Source: an uncultured Ruficoccus sp. (GTDB lineage: Bacteria > Verrucomicrobiota > Verrucomicrobiia > Opitutales > Cerasicoccaceae). Taken from it: 64,000 bases of DNA. The stretch is from the NCBI GenBank assembly GCA_965140785.1, contig OZ223497.1, positions 32,001 to 96,000 on the forward strand, given 5' to 3'. The notes beneath the pieces are model-generated. The model did not search any database. It had not been told where the DNA came from and saw only the letters and a list, made by a program, of their open reading frames with translations. Shown one piece after another: positions 30,211-39,930 of the stretch; the first letter of the stretch is position 1, and every line of letters begins with the position of its first letter. A program made the position numbers and the translations under genes.

Positions 30211-30708
30211 CTACAGGAACAGGGCGGAGTAGAAGAGGGCGACCATGACGAAGGAGATGCCGATCTTGATGATAAAGGAGGCGATGCCGCCGACAAGGGT
30301 GCCGACCCCGGCCTTGCCGGATTCCTTGATCGTGCGCCGGGCGGTCAGCTCGCCGATGATGGCCCCAAGCACCGGCCCGACGACCAGTCCGATAAAGGGC
30401 GAGAAGACAAACGGCCCGATGATCCCGCCGATGACCGCCCCGACCGCGCCCCGGGTGGAGCCGCCGAATTTCTTCGCCCCCCAGTACCCGGCGATAAAGT
30501 CCAGCACCTGCGCCAGGGCGGCGAGCCCGCCGGTGATGAGGACGATTTTCCAGGAAAGGTCTTCGGGCACCCAGATTTTGTAGATGACGATACCGCTCCA
30601 GATGATCACGCAGCCGGGCAGGATGGGCACGAGCGAGCCCACCACGCCGATGAAAATGATCAGGGCGGTGACGAGAAAGGGCAGCCAGTGAATGCCTTCG
30701 TGTTCCAT
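30211..30708 (-). CDS. DUF456 family membrane protein
   Basis: GSLVPILPG, GAKKFGGS, GPVLGAIIGEL. Confidence 0.85.
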   Translation of the reverse strand: MEHEGIHWLPFLVTALIIFIGVVGSLVPILPGCVIIWSGIVIYKIWVPEDLSWKIVLITGGLAALAQVLDFIAGYWGAKKFGGSTRGAVGAVIGGIIGPFVFSPFIGLVVGPVLGAIIGELTARRTIKESGKAGVGTLVGGIASFIIKIGISFVMVALFYSALFL

Positions 30709-30806
30709 GAAAACAGCCCGAGTTTGCGGGCCGGGGGCGTTTTTGCTAGTCAAAACGCCAGAGATTGCTAAGTTGTTCACCCGTACCCTATTATTCTTTT
30801 TATATC

Positions 30807-31355
30807 GTGAGCGACTACTTCCCCAACCCCGACGTCCAGCAGGAACTCAACGACTTCTTCTCACATGAGGAGTTTCTGGCCTTTTTTGATTTTCATCTCC
30901 CCGGATCCGGCGGCAAGATGCTCAACGGCCTCTGCAAGGTCGCCCGGCCCGCCGGTCCGCATACGGTCAACTACCTGTGTCTGACCTTCGTGGTGGATAC
31001 GCCGAACGTCGAAGCCGAGCACCAGATTGAAAAACTTCTGGCCAAGCTCGACCTGAAGGCCCTGCGCGAGCAGTTGCCCACCATCCAGTCGATGACCTCG
31101 GTGCCCGCCAGCATGCGCCACTCCGAGAACTACGTCCACCAGATGGATTTGATTTTCCCGAGCGACCGCGAGATTGAGTTGCGCGAAGTGGTCCCGATGA
31201 TCCTCTTCAGTCTGCGCAAGGCCACCGGCCTCAAGACTGAGAGCCCGCAGTGGTGGGACGAGGGAACCCTCGATGCTCCCAAGCCGACGGAAGTGGAAAA
31301 GGCCAACTGGGGCAACCGCCTCAAGGCCATCTTCAAAGCCGTCGGCAAAAAGTAG
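30807..31355 (+). CDS. Hypothetical protein
   Basis: Host-like codon usage; probable GTG start. Confidence 0.7.
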   Translation: MSDYFPNPDVQQELNDFFSHEEFLAFFDFHLPGSGGKMLNGLCKVARPAGPHTVNYLCLTFVVDTPNVEAEHQIEKLLAKLDLKALREQLPTIQSMTSVPASMRHSENYVHQMDLIFPSDREIELREVVPMILFSLRKATGLKTESPQWWDEGTLDAPKPTEVEKANWGNRLKAIFKAVGKK

Positions 31356-31563
31356 GTCCGGCTGGACCAGCACTGAGGGGGCTTTGCCCCCTACGCGTCC
31401 AAAAGGCCGCTACCCCAGGTGATGCCTGGATTCTGAATGCCGCCGTATCTGGATGCCTTTGCCTGGAGCAAAGGCAGGGGGGATTTAGTGAGCTTCAGGT
31501 GGGTGGGGGCAGGAGCCATTCTGGCTCCGATGGGGCGGAGCCCCATTCCGATGCGCAAGTGCT

Positions 31564-32943
31564 CTAGAGGAGGATCCAGCTCCCCAGGCCGAGGAAAACG
31601 GCGAAGCTGAAGATATCCGTCGAGGCAGTGAGGAAGATGTTGCTCGACTGCGCCGGGTCGAACCCGAGCTTCTTCAGCATGAGCGGGATGAATGCCCCAG
31701 CCATACCGGCGAAGCACATGGCCATGACCATGGAACTGAAAATGACGACGGAGATCATCGGATTACCGGTCAGCAGGCCGACGCTGACGGCGGCAACCAT
31801 GCCGACCAGCATGCCATTCATGAGCCCCTTAAACATTTCGCGCATGCACACCCGGCGGTCTTCGCCGGTGTGGACGTTGCCCAGGGCGATGCTGCGAATG
31901 AGAATGGCCAGGGTCTGCGCGCCGGTGTTGCCACTGAGCCCCGCGACCACGGGCATGCACGCGGCCAGAATGGCCATGCGGCTGATCTGGTCCTCAAAGG
32001 CGTAAACCACGCTCCCGGCGATCATGGCGGTGACGAGGTTGATCAGTAGCCAGGGGGTGCGGCGCTGGATACTCTGAAAGACCGGGTCGTTGATGGCCTC
32101 GTCGCCCCCGGCACCCATCAGCATCTGGATGTCTTCGGTGGCCTCGGACTGGACGATGTCGAGCACGTCGTCGTGGGTGACCATCCCGACCAGGCGGTTG
32201 TCCGCATCGACGACGGGGACGGAGTTGAGGTTGAGTTCGGCCATGGCGCGGGCAACCTGCTCCTGGTCCATATCGACCGGGCACACGCCCTGGAGGTCGC
32301 GGTTCATGAAGTCCCGCAGGTAGTCCAGCGGGCCGTGCATGACCAGGTCGCGCATGGAGACCACGCCGAGCAGGCGGTTCTCCTCATCGACCACGTAAAC
32401 GTAGAAAATATGCTCCAGCTCGTCGTTGAGGCGCTGGATGTGGCGGACGGTCTGGATGACCGTCATGGTGGGACGGGCGGTGGCGACCTCGGTCGTCATG
32501 ATGCCCCCGGCGGTATCGGGGTCGTACGCGATCAGCTCGCGCATGGTGGCGGCGGTCTCGTCGTCCACCTTGCCCAGGAGGCGCTCGCGGTCGGCGTCCT
32601 CCATCTCGTTGAAAATGTCCGCGCTGTCGTCCGGGTCGAGTTCCTCCAGGATCTTGATGGCTCGGGCCTCTCGCATCGCCTCAACCACATCGGCGGCGTC
32701 CTCGGCGTCCATTTCCGAGAGAATGTCGGTCGTGTGTTCCAGCGGGATCAGCCGCAGGACATCGCGGCGACCGTCCACATCGAGCCGGGACAGGAAGCTC
32801 CCCACCGTATAGGGAGAAGTCAGCTCCAGGCGGCGTCGGTCAAGCGCCTCCACCCCCTTGTCGGTGTAGATTTCGCGCAACTCGTCGAGGGAGTAGGCCT
32901 CGGGTTCGGCGGGGGCGATGGGAGTATCTTTAACGTCAGCCAT
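31564..32943 (-). CDS. mgtE: Magnesium transporter MgtE
   Basis: N-domain, TAGGIMT plus CBS pair, RTPWL, GNTGAQT, GFDPA, TASTD. Confidence 0.95.
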   Translation of the reverse strand: MADVKDTPIAPAEPEAYSLDELREIYTDKGVEALDRRRLELTSPYTVGSFLSRLDVDGRRDVLRLIPLEHTTDILSEMDAEDAADVVEAMREARAIKILEELDPDDSADIFNEMEDADRERLLGKVDDETAATMRELIAYDPDTAGGIMTTEVATARPTMTVIQTVRHIQRLNDELEHIFYVYVVDEENRLLGVVSMRDLVMHGPLDYLRDFMNRDLQGVCPVDMDQEQVARAMAELNLNSVPVVDADNRLVGMVTHDDVLDIVQSEATEDIQMLMGAGGDEAINDPVFQSIQRRTPWLLINLVTAMIAGSVVYAFEDQISRMAILAACMPVVAGLSGNTGAQTLAILIRSIALGNVHTGEDRRVCMREMFKGLMNGMLVGMVAAVSVGLLTGNPMISVVIFSSMVMAMCFAGMAGAFIPLMLKKLGFDPAQSSNIFLTASTDIFSFAVFLGLGSWILL

Positions 32944-33499
32944 ACTTCTTTACCAGTTGGGTAAACGAACGGAAGGCGGGGTGACGGGCATCGCTGAGCA
33001 GGCTGTAGAAAATTGTCTCGGTCGGCAAGACATGACAATCGGAACGCCGGAGGGCCTCAAGGGCGGTCATGCCATCCCCGGCGCGGCGGCAGGCGAGGGC
33101 ATCAGAGAGCAGGGTGACGCCGAAGTCCTGATCGCGCGCGGCCAGCGCGGTCTGATAGACGCAGATGGGGGTCTCCAGGCCGGCGATGAGGATATGCTCG
33201 GTCTCGCCTTCGGTCAGGTAGGTGTCAATCCCGTCCGCCTCCATGCCGGAAAAGGCCTGCTTGGCGAAGACCGGGGCCTCCGGGGCCAGGCTGAGCAGCT
33301 CGGGCAGGGTGGGGCCGAGCTTGTCGGGCATTTGTTCGGTGAAGACGACGTCGATCCCCATCAGGCGGGCGGCGCTCACGGCCAGCGAGCAACGCCCCAC
33401 CACCTGCTCTCGCTCGGACATGACTTTCAGGAAGCTCTCCTGCATGTCGAGGACAAGCAGGATGATTTTGCGGGCGAGTTGGCCGGATTCGTCGTTCAT
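32936..33499 (-). CDS. Isochorismatase/cysteine hydrolase family protein
   Basis: LLVLDMQ, FTEQ, K..FS, GLETPICVYQT. Confidence 0.88.
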   Translation of the reverse strand: MNDESGQLARKIILLVLDMQESFLKVMSEREQVVGRCSLAVSAARLMGIDVVFTEQMPDKLGPTLPELLSLAPEAPVFAKQAFSGMEADGIDTYLTEGETEHILIAGLETPICVYQTALAARDQDFGVTLLSDALACRRAGDGMTALEALRRSDCHVLPTETIFYSLLSDARHPAFRSFTQLVKKYG

Positions 33500-33515
33500 G
33501 GGCGGGTACAGTAAA

Positions 33516-34190
33516 CTAGATATAGGCTTTACGCGCGGAAACTTGTAAGAATTTCTCCGCTTCCACGTCGTAGGCGGTCAGCTTGCCGCCATACACGCAG
33601 CCGGTGTCGATGCACAGCGACCAGGGACGGCGGAAGATCTCCGGGCGGGGCGTGTGGCCGCAGATGACGAAGGGCGGGCCCTTCCAGCGCTCGGCCCAGC
33701 TAATGCCGTTGGTCATTTTCGAACGCTTGCCGTAAACGGCGGGGTTGTCGGGATCGATGACCTGGATGGAGGTCACCACTTCGGCGTCTTGCTCAGTCCA
33801 GGCCCGGTCTGACAGGAACCCGCCATGCACGAAGACCGCCTCCGCCTCGGGATAGGAAATCGTCAGCTCCAGGCTCTCCAGAAAGGCCCAGTCCTCGGGC
33901 CCAATCTGCTTCAGGGTGGGCCAGTCGTAGTCCTTGAGGAGGGAGGGGTCGCCCTCGTGGCGGTAGCGCAGCAGCCGAAGCTCGTGGTTGCCCAGGAGGC
34001 AGCGGGCGTTGCCGAGGGATTCGACGCGCTTGAGGACCCGGGCGGAGTCGGGGCCGCGGTTGATCAGGTCGCCCAGAAAAATCAGTGTGTCGTCCACGCT
34101 CGGGGCAATTTTGTCGAGCATCTCCTCCAATTCGTCGGCACAGCCGTGCACGTCTCCGATTGCGATGAGTCTTCCTTTCGCGTCCCCCAT
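33516..34190 (-). CDS. Metallophosphoesterase (ApaH/PrpA-like)
   Basis: GDVHG, GDLINRG, GNHE, VHGG, GHTP, DTGCVYGG. Confidence 0.9.
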   Translation of the reverse strand: MGDAKGRLIAIGDVHGCADELEEMLDKIAPSVDDTLIFLGDLINRGPDSARVLKRVESLGNARCLLGNHELRLLRYRHEGDPSLLKDYDWPTLKQIGPEDWAFLESLELTISYPEAEAVFVHGGFLSDRAWTEQDAEVVTSIQVIDPDNPAVYGKRSKMTNGISWAERWKGPPFVICGHTPRPEIFRRPWSLCIDTGCVYGGKLTAYDVEAEKFLQVSARKAYI

Positions 34191-34263
34191 GATTAATTCA
34201 GGCTTTTTCCTTGTAGCAGGCCCTACCATGCAAACAATTCCTTCCGACTGGAACAAAAAAACT

Positions 34264-34758
34264 ATGGATTGGCAGTTTAAACCCCCGGCCCGCGAGTCTT
34301 CCGTCTCGGGCGAAGCTTTCTCCGAAGGCGAAATCGTCGTGTGCATCCTCCACCTGGACGAGGAGAATCAGCTCCAGCGCGCCGATCTGCGCGAGGAGGA
34401 GGCGGACAATTTCACCGCGCCGGGCGGTATCTTGGGTCGCTGGCGCCGCGAGGTCAAAGCCCCCAACGAGGAAGCCAAGGAAGCCCGCCGCCAGCTCATG
34501 GCAACGACCGAGGAGCTGTTTTTATCCCTCTTTGAAGAGTCCGATCCCGAGGGCGAGCAGGACCGCGCCGTCCTCAAGCAACTGCTTGCCCTCATGCTCG
34601 AGCGCAAGCGCGTGCTCCGGCGCACCGGCCCGATGGTGGACGGCGTCCAGCGCTATCGCCATCCCAAGCAGGAGCGCGAGTATGACGTGCCGATGGACGA
34701 CCTCGACCCCGAAAAACTCACCCGCGTGCAAGAGCAACTCCAACTCCTCGTCGTCTAA
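34264..34758 (+). CDS. Hypothetical protein
   Basis: MDWQFKP...LALMLERKRVLR; host-like codon usage. Confidence 0.75.
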   Translation: MDWQFKPPARESSVSGEAFSEGEIVVCILHLDEENQLQRADLREEEADNFTAPGGILGRWRREVKAPNEEAKEARRQLMATTEELFLSLFEESDPEGEQDRAVLKQLLALMLERKRVLRRTGPMVDGVQRYRHPKQEREYDVPMDDLDPEKLTRVQEQLQLLVV

Positions 34759-35017
34759 GCAGGGCAGGCCCTGGACCCTGAATATTCCGCCTCTGGATAG
34801 CATTTCCTGGAGAAATGCCATGGGGCGCACGGACGTTTTGTTCTGAATGCCTAACCAGAAAGGCCCGCAAAACCCGCTCGATTTTTACTCCGATACGAGC
34901 GAGTAAATGCAAACCTTCTCCTGAGGCAGGCGCCTTTTGGCGCCGATGGGGCGATTTGCTGGTCCAGCCGGACCCCCATTGCGGTGCAAAGCACCGAGGG
35001 TGCAGGGCATGCCCTGC

Positions 35018-36109
35018 CTAGAAGAGGACGCTCATGTTGAGCGAACCGAACCACTGGCCGCCGCTTTCGCCGTCGAATTCGTTCGAGCGCCAGTTCATGG
35101 TAAAGTTGCACATGACCGGACCGGTCGTGACGCCGACGCCCGCGCTGAAGTCGCCCACCCAGTTTTTCATCCCGATGCTGGCACTGTTGGCGAAGGTGTT
35201 GCCCTGAAGGAAGATGTTGCGGCCCATGATGTACTGTTGCGTCCCGGCGAAGCCGTAGATGCTGAAGTCGAGGCCATCGGCCAGGCGGGGATCGCCGTCG
35301 TCTACCGGGTTGCCGTAGGTGCCCGATGAGCTGATAAGGGAGGTGCCGTAGTCGTGGGGGATGTTATAGCCGGCGCGGAACATGAACCCGGCGTTGCCAT
35401 AGACATACACGTTACCGGCGGTGAACCCGGCGTTGCCCACGAAGTCCGCCCCGAAGGTCTGCTTGGTCTCTTCGGTCAGCACGTAGCGCCAGTAGCGCTG
35501 CCAAGACAGGTTAAAGGCGAATTCGTTGGCCAGTTGGTTGTTCCACCCCTGTGGCTCCGTGCCATTGAGAATGTCGTCGTGGATGAATTTCTGCGTCGCC
35601 TCGGCGCCGGACCATGAACCGACCACACCGAAGGAAAGCTCGAACACGTCCATGCGGTTTTCGCCTTGGACAATGAAGGACGGGGCTAGGTACAGCCAGC
35701 CGGCCCACGGACGGTCATTGGGCTGAGGGGTCGAGATGGAGATGTCGGCCGGGGTGTACATGTTCTGTCCGAAGCTGAAACCGACCCGGTACAGATTGTG
35801 GTCGTAGTCTTCAGAGAAGGGCAGGGTGGAGACTATAAACTGTGCCCAGTCCGGCAGTTTCGAGGAAAAATCGCTCTGCGCCCACTCCGGGCTGTCGGTA
35901 GGCGTGTCCCACGTCCGCACGTCGGCCAGCGTCCAGTTGAATTGCAGCCCGTTGGTGTACCATTTATCGGTCCCGGCGTAGGTGTCGTTCTCCCACTTGA
36001 AGGAGAAATTATCGGCGGCAGCGGCCTTGCCGTTTTCGATCACGGCTTCCTGAGCGAATGTGGACAGGCCCAGGCACAAAGTAAATACGGTAGCATACAA
36101 CTTTTTCAT
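35018..36109 (-). CDS. Lipid A deacylase LpxR-family outer-membrane beta-barrel
   Basis: Signal peptide; END..TDKWYTNG, GQNMYTP, DRPWAGWL, GWNNQL, RNIFLQGN; C-terminal Phe. Confidence 0.88.
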   Translation of the reverse strand: MKKLYATVFTLCLGLSTFAQEAVIENGKAAAADNFSFKWENDTYAGTDKWYTNGLQFNWTLADVRTWDTPTDSPEWAQSDFSSKLPDWAQFIVSTLPFSEDYDHNLYRVGFSFGQNMYTPADISISTPQPNDRPWAGWLYLAPSFIVQGENRMDVFELSFGVVGSWSGAEATQKFIHDDILNGTEPQGWNNQLANEFAFNLSWQRYWRYVLTEETKQTFGADFVGNAGFTAGNVYVYGNAGFMFRAGYNIPHDYGTSLISSSGTYGNPVDDGDPRLADGLDFSIYGFAGTQQYIMGRNIFLQGNTFANSASIGMKNWVGDFSAGVGVTTGPVMCNFTMNWRSNEFDGESGGQWFGSLNMSVLF

Positions 36110-36273
36110 AGTAGTCAGACAGTCAAAAAGCAGGTTGCACTTCAGGTAAACTCTTTGATGTCAATTGGCTAACCTGCTTGCAATCGTTTTTTTACCGCGT
36201 TGTCACAGTTAAAACTCTTGTCATTTCGGGGTTGAATCTCTGCGCAATGCCCCTATTAGGTTACTGTTTTGCT

Positions 36274-36361
36274 GGAGAGGTGGCAGAGTGGCCGATTGTG
36301 CCTGACTCGAAATCAGGTGTACCGCAAGGTACCGGGGGTTCGAATCCCTCCCTCTCCGCCA
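36274..36361 (+). tRNA. tRNA-Ser(CGA)
   Basis: GGAGAGG acceptor stem, anticodon arm CCTGA-CT-CGA-AA-TCAGG, long variable arm GTACCGCAAGGTAC, GTTCGAATC T-loop, encoded CCA. Confidence 0.97.
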
Positions 36362-36860
36362 CAAACGCTCGGCGTTTGATCCGATTGAGGGGCTCCGCCC
36401 CTACGGTGTTGCGCACCTACCCCTCGTGGTTTCGATGGCATAGGAAAAGTTCGCATTCTCTTTCCCCGCGCCCGCCATGTTAATGGCGAACTAGGGTTAC
36501 CCTTAGATTTCAAAATTTCGCGGTTGTGACCAACCAAACGTGCTCGGCTAACGCCTTGTTTTTCAAGGGCTTTGTAACCTTTTTTGAATTCAAGACGCAG
36601 TTTTGGTTTTCCAAAAACAGGTTCGAACCGACTTTTTCGAGTGTTTTGCGCTTTTCCTCGGAATCGCTCTGCGGTTCCAGTTTCAGCGCTTCAACACTGG
36701 CCGTAAGGACTTCCGTTTCACTCGCTTGGTGCAGTGGTAGAAAGTGTAGGTGTGGACATTGCCATTCTTCTGACCTGCCTACGCAAACGGTATCGCTTGC
36801 CTTTCATCGTCTGAGTCCTTTCTAAGCACTCAGACCAACTTTGCAAGTGGCCCAGTTTAC

Positions 36861-37195
36861 GTGGACACGGTCAAATCGTCATCGGTACTTGAACTAAACT
36901 CCCGCTTACTGGGCTGCTGGCTGGGTAAATCAATCGGTAGTACGCTTGGGCTGCCTGCCGAAGGCCGCATGGACCGGCTGCACTACACGTTCTACGAGCC
37001 GGTGCCAACTGTCGCTCCGCTGACCCGGCCCGTCAAACGGTTAAACTGCCCGCAGGCAAGCACGAGATCCGTCTGGAGCTGTATGAAAAATCACCCGAGC
37101 AGGATGCGACGGTATATCTGGCCTATCCGAATTTGCACATCGCCCCGTGGACATCTGAAGAACTGCCGAAGTTGGCGCAACTCCCAGAAGCCTGA
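36861..37195 (+). pseudogene. Internally deleted ADP-ribosylglycohydrolase-family gene
   Basis: First ~53 codons closely match 63209 ORF (LNSRLLGCWLGKSIG..GLPAEG); at ~37020 it jumps into another frame encoding a C-terminus (DPARQTVKLPAGKHEIRLEL...LPEA*). Confidence 0.75.
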
Positions 37196-37235
37196 ACGGT
37201 TTCCATTAACCGCTTGTATTCAAAAAATCATTACT

Positions 37236-38324
37236 ATGTCTGATAAACTAAAAATCGGTATCCTCGGCTGTGGAAACATGGCGCAAATGGCGCACATTCC
37301 GGCCTTCAAATCGCTGGCCAACGCCGATGTCGTTGCCCTGTGTGATTTTCGTTTAGACGTCGCTCAAGCCTTGTGTACTCGTTGGGATGTCCCCAACGCC
37401 TGTGCCAGCCTTGAGGACATGCTGGCATTGGATATCGACGCTGTCGCGGTTCTGACGCCTGCGCATAGTCATTTGCGTGACATTCGGCTTTCACTGGAGG
37501 CGGGTAAGCATGTTTTTACCGAGAAGCCTGCCGCCATGTGTGTCGAGTCGGTACGCGAGCTTCAGCAGGTGGCCCAGAAGGCAGGAAAAACCGTCAGGGT
37601 CGGCTACATGAAGCGGCACGAGCAAAACATCTGCGAATTGCTGAAGCTTCAATCCGCAGGTGACTGGGGAAAGCTGCTCTTTGTGCGCACGCATTCGTTC
37701 ATCGGTAGTCACTGGGATGCCGCAGTGGGGAGTCTGGTTCGCCCGATTACTTCAAGCGAAATCCCGCCTTTCGATGCCTCGGTGCTCGATCCCGGACCGG
37801 GTTGGCTGGACGCTCCGCGTGACAAGTGTTTTTACAGCTTCGACAACCCATACTTTGGCCTGCTCGATACCGGCTCACACTCGGTCAATCTGCTGCGCTA
37901 CCTGACGGGAACAACGCCAAGTGTCAAAGGCGTGCGCAACAGCGGGCCAGTGCGCCTGGTGGATTTCGACTTTGGCGGGGTGCCAGGTGTGTTGGAGTTT
38001 TGCGTGAACTTCGCCATGGAGCGTTGGGACGAAGTGACCGAGCTTTACTTTGAAAAGGCCAGTGTAACGATCAAAACGCCGCCACCGCTGGACCGGCAGA
38101 CCTCCGCGCAGGTCGAGATCTACACCGAGGCCGACGGTCGCCACGAAAACCTTGTGTTGGAGAACAATCGCCGCTGGGCCTTCCAGCGACAGGCAGAGTC
38201 CTTTGTTCAGCAGGCGCTTGCCGGCGAAACTGGAACCGATCTGGAAGAGGCCGAGCAGGATGTTGCTTTGATCGAGCAAATCTACCGCCTGGAAACCGGG
38301 GCAGTCGTTCTCGCTGAATCCTGA
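37236..38324 (+). CDS. Gfo/Idh/MocA family oxidoreductase
   Basis: KIGILGCG Rossmann motif, AGKHVFTEKP, VGYMKR, LLDTGSH. Confidence 0.9.
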   Translation: MSDKLKIGILGCGNMAQMAHIPAFKSLANADVVALCDFRLDVAQALCTRWDVPNACASLEDMLALDIDAVAVLTPAHSHLRDIRLSLEAGKHVFTEKPAAMCVESVRELQQVAQKAGKTVRVGYMKRHEQNICELLKLQSAGDWGKLLFVRTHSFIGSHWDAAVGSLVRPITSSEIPPFDASVLDPGPGWLDAPRDKCFYSFDNPYFGLLDTGSHSVNLLRYLTGTTPSVKGVRNSGPVRLVDFDFGGVPGVLEFCVNFAMERWDEVTELYFEKASVTIKTPPPLDRQTSAQVEIYTEADGRHENLVLENNRRWAFQRQAESFVQQALAGETGTDLEEAEQDVALIEQIYRLETGAVVLAES

Positions 38325-38370
38325 GTCTGTATCCATCGTTCAATACAATTATTTATTCAACGAACACTCC

Positions 38371-39372
38371 ATGAAAATCGCCCATCATCTCGGACAGTCC
38401 AAAGTTGTCATTGAAGAAGTCTCCAAACCCGTGCCCAAAGCCGGTGAGGTCTTAGTCAAGAACGTCGTCTCCGCTCTTTGCGGGAGCGAGATGAACGACT
38501 ACCGCAAGGACGGGATACCCGGTGGCAACAATGGCCACGAGGCTGCCGGTGTCGTGGCTGAACTTGGCGAGGGTGTCACCTCATTGGAGGTCGGCCAGCG
38601 CGTCGGCGTCAGTGCGATCTCCGGTTGCGGAAAGTGCGACTACTGCAAAAAGGGTCAGTACACCTGGTGCGACAATTTTAGCTTCTATGGCAACATGCAT
38701 GCAGAGTATTTCGTCATCGCCGCGCATGCCTGCCACATCATCCCGGACGGCATTCCCTGGGAAGTCGGTGTGCTTATTACCGGTGACGGGTTAGGCGTGC
38801 CTTATCATACCTCCCGCAAGATCGCCTCGCCCGAAGTCGAGACGGTGGCGGTCTTCGGGCTCGGACCGATCGGCTTGGGAAATGTCCTTGTGCAAAGCCA
38901 TCTGGGCCGCCGCGTCATCGGGATCGACCTCTCGCCCGACCGCCGCGCACTCGCCGTGGACATGGGGGCGAGCGATGTCATCGCCGCCGATCAGGTCAAG
39001 GATATGCGTGAAGCCGTGGCGGAACTGACCGGCGGCATGGGGGCGGATGTGTGCATTGAGGCGGCGGGTATTCCCGTGACCGCGCGCCAGTGTTTTGCTT
39101 GTACGCGTAAGGGCGGTATCGTTGTCTTTAACGGCGAACAGCCGAAGCTCGAACTCTCCCCGAGCGAAGATTTTATCCGCCGCGATATTACCGCCATCGG
39201 CTCGTGGTTCTATCATTTCTGCGAGTATCCGGCCATGCGCAAGGCCTACGAAAACGGCCTGCGCGTGGACAAACTCGTCACTCACCAATATCCCTTTGAT
39301 CAAGTTTCCGACGCCTACCTGGCCATGGCCAACGGCAAATCCGGGAAGGTTCTCCTAAAATATGGGCAGTGA
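38371..39372 (+). CDS. Zinc-binding (MDR) sugar/alcohol dehydrogenase
   Basis: CGSE, GHE, CGKCDYC..G...C, GLGPIG, GKVLL. Confidence 0.92.
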   Translation: MKIAHHLGQSKVVIEEVSKPVPKAGEVLVKNVVSALCGSEMNDYRKDGIPGGNNGHEAAGVVAELGEGVTSLEVGQRVGVSAISGCGKCDYCKKGQYTWCDNFSFYGNMHAEYFVIAAHACHIIPDGIPWEVGVLITGDGLGVPYHTSRKIASPEVETVAVFGLGPIGLGNVLVQSHLGRRVIGIDLSPDRRALAVDMGASDVIAADQVKDMREAVAELTGGMGADVCIEAAGIPVTARQCFACTRKGGIVVFNGEQPKLELSPSEDFIRRDITAIGSWFYHFCEYPAMRKAYENGLRVDKLVTHQYPFDQVSDAYLAMANGKSGKVLLKYGQ

Positions 39373-39431
39373 GCGGATCGACGGACGAGCCGTCGTCGGC
39401 CATCATTTTATGGATGTTTGACGATAGGCAT

Positions 39432-39930
39432 GCATAGCGTGGGTTTTGTGATGAACCGATGAGTCTTATGGCTTGTCTGTACTGTATATTGTTCTATGTC
39501 CGTTTTTCATCATCGCCGATTTTCTCGGCCTGAGGTTTTGGCTTCGATCCGACCTGAATTGCTGCGGCGTTTTCTTACGCCCTATCAATCGTATTTTCAC
39601 GGAGGTGGATTCGATATGAAGTGTCTGAATCATCGGGCCGGGCCAGTTGAGTTGACGCATCTGTCGGACGTACTGATGACGACAGAGTCGGGCATTCCTC
39701 CAGAGGTAGCGAATGCCCTCTACGCTGTCCACGAAGTGGCAGTAGAAGAGAACACGGAGCTTCTGGAAATGCTCGCGTCCTCGGAGGAGGTGCCTCTTGA
39801 GCCGGATTCGACGTTGCTGGAGCTTGCGCTCAGCCTGTGGATGAGCGCTCCGAAGGCGCTCAAATGGGTTCACCAGCATCAGTCCTGTGAGCGCAAGCGC
39901 TCTTTCGAGTATTTCAGTACGGCGGGAGAT
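39432..39930 (+). repeat. Copy 1 of a direct repeat of at least 0.49 kb (module left end plus 5' part of gene A)
   Basis: Aligns closely with 63514-63999, beginning GCATAGCGTGG. Confidence 0.92.

Noticed and set aside
36526..36825. 99-aa ORF after tRNA-Ser, possible integrase remnant
   Set aside because: No integrase motifs; F/S-rich composition looks non-coding
36861..38324. 487-aa ORF suggesting an ARH-Gfo/Idh/MocA fusion
   Set aside because: Chance open frame across a deleted pseudogene; the oxidoreductase starts at ATG 37236
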